A stretch of DNA of 7,474 bases from Amoebidium appalachense. Taxonomy: Eukaryota > Protista > Ichthyosporea. This document shows positions 1 through 7,129 of the stretch, one piece after another; positions within the stretch are counted from its first letter, which is position 1, and every line of letters starts with the position of its first letter. The notes under the pieces are model-generated. The model searched no databases and had not been told where the DNA came from. It saw nothing but the letters and a program-made list of their open reading frames with translations. Made by a program: the position numbers and the translations under genes. The stretch lies in NCBI GenBank assembly GCA_963693365.1, contig CAVNZM010000109.1, positions 1-7,474 of the forward strand. Direction: 5' to 3'.

Positions 1-73
1 TTAAACATATTTATTAAGAAGCAGGAAATTTAGTATTATGTTAATAGTACTCTAATAATAGGAAAGAATAAAG

Positions 74-496
74 ATGAAATATCACCCATATCATTTAGTT
101 TCACCAAGTCCATGGCCAATTTACGCCTCTTTAGCAGCATTAGTATTCACAGTGAGTACTGTATGTTGATTTCATAATTATAAAAATGGAGATATAATGA
201 TGATTACAGGTTTAGGATTAATCATTTCATCAATGATAGTATGATGAAGAGATGTTATTAGAGAAGCAACATTTGAAGGACAACATACATTAGAAGTACA
301 ACGCGGATTAAAAGAAGGAATGATTCTTTTTATTGTATCAGAAGCCATGTTATTCTTTGCATTCTTCTGAGCTTATTTCCATAGCAGCCTTTCACCATCT
401 GTTGAATTAGGAGCCATTTGACCTCCTACTGGAATTGAGGTATTAAACCCATGACATGTACCTCTTTTAAATACTGCTATTTTATTATCATCAGGT
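74..496 (+). CDS. cox3: Cytochrome c oxidase subunit 3, exon 1 of 3
   Basis: Manual translation with TGA=Trp from ATG 74: [15 protein letters not shown]...[72 protein letters not shown], all hallmark Cox3 motifs. The exon ends in U496, which pairs with the intron guide GCCUGA (504-509). Confidence 0.98.
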
Positions 497-1195
497 GCTG
501 AGTGCCTGAAATGGGATTTTGGATCTTTAATATTTAATAATAAAATTTTACCATTTAGTACATCTCGAGTTCTTTCTCATAAAAGAATAGGTCCTCATGA
601 TCATATTATTCTTTCGATTCTTATAGGATCCTTATTAGGTAATGGATCTATGGAACGAGATGGAAATGGATCTCGTTTTGCTTTTTATCTAGCAGATTCT
701 CATTGTGATTATTTATTATGATTGAATAGAATTATTCATCACTTTGGGTATTGCAAAGAACAGATTCCTATTATCAAGTTTCGTACTGGATCATGTACAA
801 AATATATTAGATCTATTATTAGATTTAGAACTTTCACTTACTCTTCCTTTAATTGAATTTATACGGCATTTTATGGGCAAACACCTGGGAGAAAAACTAT
901 TCCGACATGAATAGCAGAGTATATCACTCCTCTAAGTTTAGCTATTTGAATAATGGATGATGGTTGTTATGTAAAAAATAAAGGAATTAAGTTTAGTACT
1001 AATGAATTTACTTTAAAAGAAATCAAATTTTTACAGAAAGTTCTATTTGATAAATTTGATTTACAATCATCTATTCATAAGACTGGAGTAATTAATCAAT
1101 ATAATATATATATTACTAAATCTTCATTAAATAAGCTAAAAACTTTAGTAGCACCATATATAATACCTTCTATGGAATATAAATTAGGTTATTAA
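497..1195 (+). CDS. Intron-encoded LAGLIDADG protein (I-SceI/bI2-like, LAGLIDADG_2 type), 232 aa in frame with cox3 exon 1; endonuclease or maturase
   Basis: Uninterrupted frame (TGA=Trp) continuing exon 1 to TAA 1193-1195. Motifs KRIGPH..ILSILIGSLLGNGSME, RFRTFTYSSFNWIY..FY, K.IP.WI.EYITPLSLAIWIMDDG, KFSTNEFT..E..FL..VL..KF.L, P.IIPSMEYKLG. Track ORF 953..1195 is its C-terminal third. Confidence 0.93.
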
Positions 1196-1303
1196 GTAAT
1201 GATAAAGGAATACAATATAAAGATCCGAATCTCATAGTCCCATCTAAAGATTTATGCAATGATCAATCAGAAATAGATCGAGATTCTACCTATAGATGTC
1301 AAA

Positions 1304-1471
1304 TAATAATATTCCCAAATATTATTAGGGCGACGCAAGTGTAAACGGTTAAAGAAATCACCTTAATTTCCAGACCGTCGGCTAATTGAGTAGTCGCTAC
1401 AGACTGGTTCACTTGTGGGTGCCTGAAATGGTGCTTAATGTACAGTCGGGATTTTCTCTTAAATTTAAGAG
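1304..1471 (+). ncRNA. Ribozyme core of cox3 intron 1
   Basis: P2-like stem TAATAATATT/AATATTATTA (1304-1327); P3 CAAGTG 1336-1341 / CACTTG 1410-1415; P4 ACGGT 1345-1349 / ACCGT 1374-1378; P7 GACTG 1402-1406 / CAGTC 1443-1447 within GCTACAGACTGG and AATGTACAGTCGG; P8 with GAAA loop; P9 palindrome CTCTTAAATTTAAGAG 1456-1471. Confidence 0.88.
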
Positions 1472-1598
1472 GCAAGGATGTAATTAAAGATCAAACCCAG
1501 AATTAATATCCTGGTAGAAGAGGTCATAAAATTTAATTAGCATTACAGCAATAAATATAGAAAGGTTCTCAAAAGGGATTATATTTATTCAGAATTTG

Positions 1599-1794
1599 GC
1601 TACTGTTACTTGAGCACATCATGCATTAATTGCAAGACGTAGCAGAGCAGAAACAATACAAGGATTAGGGTTAACAATCTTCTTAGGATTAATATTCACA
1701 GGTTTACAAGGAATGGAATATTATGAGGCTTCATTCACTATTGCAGATTCTGTTTATGGAGCAACTTTCTATTCTACTACGGGACTTCACGGGT
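1599..1794 (+). CDS. cox3: Cytochrome c oxidase subunit 3, exon 2 of 3
   Basis: ATVTWAHHALI...[44 protein letters not shown] plus the first T of a split TTG codon; ends in U1794. Confidence 0.97.
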
Positions 1795-3079
1795 TAATAA
1801 CAATTGGAATTTCCATAGCAGCCCCTATCTATATTCTGGCTTATTCAATGCGATTGTATATGGCTTATACGATTATTCCCAGTACAACACAAGGTAGCTT
1901 AACAATTACATCCAAAGGGTGTGCTATCTATCTTTTTTAATGACTTCTTAGAATGATTAGCTGGATTTGTAGATGCAGAAGGAAATTTTATAATTATCCT
2001 TAGAGATTTTGATGAGAAGAATAATACGTATTCATTTGCATCGGTAGTCTTTTAGATTGGTCTTCATATAGATGATTTACCTCTACTTGAATCTTTAGAA
2101 GAGAAATTAAATTGTGGCTCTATTTCTTTCGAGAAGTGCGGAAAGAATGTAATTATTCTATTCAAGGCCAAGAGGATATAGTTAATGTAGTGTTACCTAT
2201 ATTCAATCACATTCAATTGTTTAGCACAAACCATTATCAGTATTTAGTATTTTAAAAAGCGGCTCAGGTATTCCAGAGAAAGGCCCATTTAACGGCAGCT
2301 GGAAGATTAGAACTAATTGGCGATAGAAAAGAGATGACTATCATTAATGCTACAGCCACATCTCCCCCTAAAGGTGAGATTACTGGGCCATATGTACGTG
2401 GCTTTACAGAAGGTGATGGGACCTCCTCGGGTGCAACACATCTTCCTCGTATTAAATTTGAAAACCATGTAAAAGAATATACCTTAATAGAAAGCATCAA
2501 GGAGTTTTCAACATAGGAAATGTACGTATAGCTCCTCCACGTGAGGGGAGAGACGGATCTAATCCTACGGCAGTATTAGACATATTTATTCCTAGATTTC
2601 TATTAAATACGATTATACCTTTATTCTCCGACGGTTTCGATTCTGGTTCTTTATTATTAAGTAATAAATCCAAGGATTTCTTAATGTGATCTATCTGGGT
2701 TAAACTTTATTATTATGGTTATCATTCTACGCCAGATGGAAAGGCTTTAATAATAGCAATTAAAGCCAGCATAAATAGATTAAGCACAGATCCACTTTAT
2801 TCTTTAACTCATTCTTTTAAACAAATTGAGCTTCTAGCTGCTAATATACTATCTCAGCCTTCTCCTTATGAAGTTAGAGGAGGACTTAAATTTATTAGAG
2901 GTACAGATAAACTTGTATCTTCTGCAGTTATAGTTATAGCAATAGATTCTGAGGGAACAGAGACTATCTACCCTAGCTTAGTTCAAGCAAGAAAAGCTTT
3001 ACACATGGGTAGAACCAAGATTAAATATTGTATTATAGATGAAACACCTCATAATGGGTATTTCTTCTTTGCAGGATAG
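1795..3079 (+). pseudogene. Degenerate double-motif LAGLIDADG homing endonuclease with C-terminal NUMOD1-like segment
   Basis: Motif 1 EWLAGFVDAEGNF (LAGFVDAEG 1957-1983), then F*IGLHIDDLPLLE.L.EKLNCG, HLTAAG, motif 2 YVRGFTEGDG (2391-2420), K.KDF..W..., YYGYHSTPDGK, PSPYE...stop TAG 3077-3079. Needs frameshifts at ~1900-1938, ~2140-2145 and ~2505-2508, and has in-frame TAG 2053-2055 and TAA 2253-2255. Confidence 0.9.
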
Positions 3080-3117
3080 CGAATATTATCAGAATATACC
3101 AGAATATAGATAGAAAA

Positions 3118-3406
3118 TGGGGTTAATTGCATAAATCTCCTACCAGTCGAAAGAATGAAGGACAATATGCAGCCAAGCGTATGCTAAATAAGGTCATTGA
3201 TTTGTTTCTTCCGGAATAAGTTAATGGGAGTCTAACTAGACGGAGTATACGAAGGTTCAACGACTAATAGGTGAGTACTTTATTTACAATAAGCCTAACA
3301 CGAATGCCCCACGATCCAATCTAGCCAATTGGATTGAAGACATAGTCTGAACCATATTGAGAAATATGGAAGTAAAGGATAAAGAGCCTTTACGATAACA
3401 AAAATG
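3118..3406 (+). ncRNA. Ribozyme core of cox3 intron 2
   Basis: P3 TGGGG 3118-3122 / CCCCA 3307-3311; P/Q elements AATTGCATAAA and AATATGCAGCCA; R GTTCAACGACTA (GACTA 3262-3266) pairing with S AAGACATAGTCT (TAGTC 3343-3347); extra sequence between P7 and P3' typical of subgroup IA; P8 ATCCAAT/ATTGGAT; P9 CCATATT-GAGA-AATATGG; P9.1 GTAAAGG/CCTTTAC. Confidence 0.9.
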
Positions 3407-3576
3407 TGCATGTGATTATTGGAACTCTCTTCTTAATTGTTTGTTTCTTTAGATTATTAAACTATCATTACACAACTAATCATCATTTAGGGTTAGAAGC
3501 TGCTATTCTTTATTGACACTTCGTTGATTATGTATGATTACTCGTGTTCATTTGTTATTACGTATGAGCATTTTAA
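3407..3576 (+). CDS. cox3: Cytochrome c oxidase subunit 3, exon 3 of 3
   Basis: (L)[55 protein letters not shown], stop TAA 3574-3576. Joined exons total 789 nt (262 aa plus stop), a normal Cox3 length. Confidence 0.97.
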
Positions 3577-3590
3577 TATTAAAAGATTAC

Positions 3591-3606
3591 CTCTCCATGT
3601 TGAGAG
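3591..3606 (+). terminator. Short hairpin just downstream of the cox3 stop; possible 3'-end or processing signal
   Basis: CTCTC-CATGTT-GAGAG begins 14 nt after the stop; a near-identical copy lies at 5199-5215. Function is inferred only. Confidence 0.25.
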
Positions 3607-4268
3607 CCTAGTTCTTATTAAGTTATTTTTAGTACTCTAATTATGAAAAGAAGTTTAGTAATTTATTTTATGTATTAGTAGGGCTATAATTATTATTTAT
3701 AGTGTTTCTTTTTAAGGGATTAAAAATTTTGATTAACTGAAATACTTAGAGATTCAATCACTAGGTTATTTTTTAATAAGATAAGTACTCTAGTTTATAT
3801 TTAGTAAGAGATGGTACTAGAGTATTACTGTTACAGCTAAAGTACCTAGGAACTAATGTTCCATATTTTACCTCGTTAATAATAACAGTTTTAATATTAA
3901 TATCGTTAGAATACTAATCCAAATTAGGTCGGCGATATGCTGAATCACTAACTAAAACACTTGAGTTTAATAGATCTATCTTATTTAAAGATGATCGGCT
4001 GAAATGATAGAGACCACCCTCATTTACGAGATAAACTATTCCAATTATATCGACGACAAGTGTAAATTCCTTGTTAAATTTATAACCAATTGAAAGAACC
4101 TCACCCAAATCTTAGGAACAAAAGATGATAACCTGTTGTAGGATAAGGATTGTCTCTTCCATCTCTCACGTTATATAGATGACAAGCTATAAATTTTATC
4201 TCCCATCTTTATTACAAGTATTCTACTCTTATAATCAGAATAAAATTATTACACTCACACTCGTATCA

Positions 4269-4665
4269 ATACACTCAAGAGCACTAATCATTCATGCACG
4301 ATCACAATTGTTTCATGCACTTCTGTTATTCATACATTCATGTTACATCGTATGCAATCATATTTTCTTCACGCAGTCGCATTTATGCTATGTATTCATC
4401 CACGATCAGAATTTATTTATACCCTCATATTATACACTTAGAGCATCATCGACTTATGCAATGCATTCAAAAGCATCATTTATTTATGTTATGTACTTAA
4501 GAGTGCCACCAACTTCTGCCACGCACTCAAGAGCACCTTTAATTTCTGCATGATAATAATGGATTACTGCACAATCATAATTGTTTTATGTACTTCTATT
4601 ATTCATACCCCCATGTAATACCGTGCGCGATCCAGATTGAATTATACCATGTATCTAAGAGCATA
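4269..4665. repeat. Decayed ~30-nt tandem repeat and a diverged 65-nt direct duplication
   Basis: Units at ~4431, 4461, 4491 and 4521 (consensus approximately ATGCACTCAAGAGCAYCATYAAYTTATGCA) with a related unit at ~4269; 4295-4359 vs 4568-4632 match at 51/65 positions without gaps. Confidence 0.75.
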
Positions 4666-4731
4666 TACCCTAAAATTAAAATATACATATTAACATTAGT
4701 GATATATTAACGATATACATTACCTATTATA

Positions 4732-4976
4732 GGTAACACAATGGCGACACAATGGCGACAGGGTTAATACATAGGCAACAGGAATAATACATAAGCGACA
4801 CAATGGCGACACAAGGGCGACAGGGTTAATACATAGGCAACACAATGGCAACAGGAATAATACATAAGCGACACAATGGCGACAGTATAGAATATAGGCG
4901 ACACATTATCTAATATAGGCGACATGGGTAACACATAGGAGACATTTTATCTAATATAGGCGACACAATGGCGACA
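4732..4976. repeat. Array of 16 GGCGACA-type heptamers with 11-nt or 19-21-nt periods
   Basis: Starts at 4732, 4743, 4754, 4774, 4794, 4805, 4816, 4836, 4847, 4867, 4878, 4897, 4918, 4938, 4959 and 4970; spacers are CAAT/CAAG or 12-14-nt AT-rich segments. Confidence 0.93.
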
Positions 4977-5208
4977 AGCTTCGAACCGTTAACCATAAAC
5001 GGCTAACTGTCAATCGAGTTTACAACGAGCTTGTCGTCGTCTGATGATAAGAGCATAAGACTTTTCTCTTAGCGAGAAAGCTCTACTGAGACTCTTGTAA
5101 TCTGAAAATTACAAAGCATAAGAATGTTTCTTAGTGATAAGGCTTTACTGAAACCCAACGTAATAAGGTTACAGCAAGACGACAAGCACCAGATAATGCT
5201 CTCTATGT

Positions 5209-5412
5209 TGAGAGCTGTTACACTTTTACATAATGATGATACTCCCCAGATGACGTTCTCTGAGAGCTGTTACACTTAGACATCCTAACAAGAATACCCA
5301 GGTAACGGCTTTCTGAGAGTTGTTACACTTTTACATAATGATGATACTCCCCAGATGACGTTCTCTGAGAGCTGTTACACTTAGACATCCTAACAAGAAT
5401 ACCCAGGTAACG
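5209..5412. repeat. Higher-order tandem repeat: 52/53-nt monomers in A-B-A-B order (105-nt dimer, two copies)
   Basis: TGAGAGYTGTTACACTT starts at 5209, 5261, 5314 and 5366; the two dimers are nearly identical. Confidence 0.93.
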
Positions 5413-5860
5413 CTTGCCATTCTTGTTGTTCTCACTTCTATTAACTTGCAATTCTTATTGTTCTCTCTTGTATCATTCACTCTCCCTTCTATATACTTAT
5501 CATTCTTGCTGTTCTCACTTCTATTAACTTGCCATTTTTATTACTCTCTCTTTTATCATTCACTCTCCCTTCTATATACTTATTATTCTTACTGTTTTCT
5601 CTTTCGTCATTCACTCTCCCTTCTATATACTTATCATTCTTGCTGTCCTCACATCTATTAACTTGCTATTCTCACTTCTATTAACTTGCTGTTTTCACTT
5701 CTATTAACTTGCCATATTTGTTGGTCTCACTTCTATTAACTTGCTGTTTTCACTTCTATTAGCTTGCCATATTTGTTGGTCTTACTTCTATTAACTTGCC
5801 ATTCTTATTGTTCTCTCTTGTATCATTCACTCTCCCTTCTATATATTTATCACTCTTTCC
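5413..5860. repeat. Pyrimidine-rich modular repeat region
   Basis: About 8 copies of (C/T)TCACTTCTATTAACTTGC interleaved with 4 copies of TCATTCACTCTCCCTTCTATATAYTTAT; a ~70-nt block recurs at a 350-nt distance (~5434 and ~5784). Confidence 0.9.
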
Positions 5861-5874
5861 TAACCACCTACTCC

Positions 5875-6790
5875 TACGGCTATTACTCGTTGTATCGCTA
5901 TCACTAGTTGTATCTCTATTGCTATCACTAGTTGTATCTCTATTGCTATCACTCTTTGTATCTCTATGGCTGTTACTCTTTGTATTTATACTGGTGTCAC
6001 TCATTCCTCACTATCTACTGCTTCCACTCTGGGTATCTCTACGGCTGTTAATATTTGTATCTCTATTGCTGTTACTCTTTCTATCCATCAATTGCTCTTA
6101 TTCTTTCTTATCCTTAACAGATGTTACTCTTTCTTTATCTCCATCAATTGCTCCTATTCTTTCTTTATCTCCATCAATTGCTCCTATTCTTTCTTTATCT
6201 CCATCAATTGCTCTTATTCTTTATTACGATTAACAGATGTAACTCTTTCTTTATCTCCATCAACTGCTCTTATTCTTTCTTTATCTCCATCAATTGCTCT
6301 TATTCTTTATTACGATTAACAGATGTTACTCTTTCTAATCATCAATTTCCTCACTATCTACTGTTATCATTCTCTCTCTACTGCTTTCATTCTTTATCTC
6401 TCTATTGCTGTCATTGTCTCTCTATTGCTATCACTCTCTGTATCTCTATTGCTATCACTAGTTGTATCTCTATTGCTATCACTTTAGTACTATCTATGTA
6501 TGTTATTCCTGCTGTTATTCTTTGTATCTTTACTGTTATTACTTTAGTAACATCTAGGTTTGTTATTACTGCTGTTATTCTTGGAACCTCTTCTTCACCA
6601 TTACTAGCCCTTTAGTCCCATTTACGTTTGTTATTACTGCTACTACCTTAGTATCATCTATGTTTGTTATTACTGCTACTACCTTAGTATCAGTGTAACA
6701 TTACAGCTACCATTAGTATCATTGTAACAGTACAGCTACCATTAGTATCAGTGTATCCTTGTATCATTGTAACATTACTGCTTCCATTCC
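5875..6790. repeat. Succession of 24-, 30-, 36- and 29-nt tandem repeat families
   Basis: GTATCTCTATTGCTATCACTAGTT units at ~5890-6000 and ~6420-6490; six CCATCAAYTGCTC-containing 30-nt units at ~6085-6300 with three TTAACAGATGTWACTCTTTCT linkers; TGTTATTACTGCTACTACCTTAGTATCA x2; TGTAACAKTACAGCTACCATTAGTATCA at 6694 and 6723. Confidence 0.9.
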
Positions 6791-6968
6791 GTATTATTGT
6801 GGCTTATTGTTATTTCCATTTATATCATTGTATCTTTGTGTTTTTGTGTGTTTCATCTCGTTTTGTGGAGGCTTATTGCTTAATTCTATCTGGATTTCAT
6901 CTCGTATTGTCTAGTATAGATTGGTTGAATGGGTTGTGGTTACGTTGCTTGCATGCATGCCTAATTTT

Positions 6969-7129
6969 ATTTCGTATCGTTGTGCTGTATCTTGTAGTTT
7001 ATTAATTATTGATTCCCTTTCGTATCATTTAGTATCAGTTTGTTGCATTACTTGGTGTTACATTGCTTGCTTGCATGCATACTTACATTTCGTATCGTTG
7101 TGCTGTATCTTGTAGTTTATTAATTATTG
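6969..7129. repeat. Exact 43-nt direct repeat in a T/G-rich low-complexity tract
   Basis: ATTTCGTATCGTTGTGCTGTATCTTGTAGTTTATTAATTATTG at 6969-7011 and 7087-7129, each preceded by TTGCTTGCATGCAT. Confidence 0.92.

Larger units (their letters stand above)
497..1598 (+). mobile_element. Group I intron 1 of cox3 (IC2-like core), with LAGLIDADG ORF upstream of the core
   Basis: Interrupts the conserved SSG|ATVTWAHH; preceded by exon U496 and ends in G1598. P1: exon UCAGGU (491-496) pairs with GCCUGA (504-509), giving the U.G pair at the splice site. P10: AGU (501-503) with exon-2 GCU. The subgroup is assigned from recalled motif resemblance. Confidence 0.93.
1795..3406 (+). mobile_element. Group I intron 2 of cox3 (IA-like core) with degenerate homing endonuclease gene
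   Basis: Interrupts HG-L-HVIIG (T|TG); exon ends in U1794 and intron ends in G3406. P1: exon GGGU pairs with GCCC (1821-1824). P10: GCA (1818-1820) with exon-3 UGC. Core at 3118-3406. Confidence 0.93.

Noticed and set aside
38-73. Upstream in-frame ATG at 38 as cox3 start
   Set aside because: In-frame TAA at 53-55 closes it before ATG 74.
497-499. Alternative exon 1 end at 499 (GCT occurs at both intron boundaries)
   Set aside because: The intron would end in T1601 rather than G, and the P1 U.G pair fits U496 with G504.
1713-1940. Track ORF as an independent 75-aa gene
   Set aside because: It is the end of cox3 exon 2 reading through into the intron 2 pseudogene leader.
2264-2516. Track ORFs 2264..2500 (-) and 2334..2516 (+)
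   Set aside because: The + ORF is a fragment of the LAGLIDADG pseudogene (motif 2); the - ORF is its antisense shadow.
4051-4066. CGACGACAAGTGTAAA resembling intron 1 core CGACGCAAGTGTAAA (1331-1345), with GGCTGAAATG nearby at ~3997
   Set aside because: The elements are in the wrong order and no P7 pairing is found; no evidence for a relic intron core.
5027-5083. Hammerhead-like CTGATGA...GAAA with flanking GAGC/GCTC pairing
   Set aside because: Four extra bases (GCGA) separate stem II from GAAA and no credible stem I can form, so the core geometry is not met.
4732-5412. CRISPR-like appearance of the repeat-spacer arrays
   Set aside because: Organellar context, no cas genes, spacers are themselves repeated, and the unit sizes do not fit a CRISPR array.
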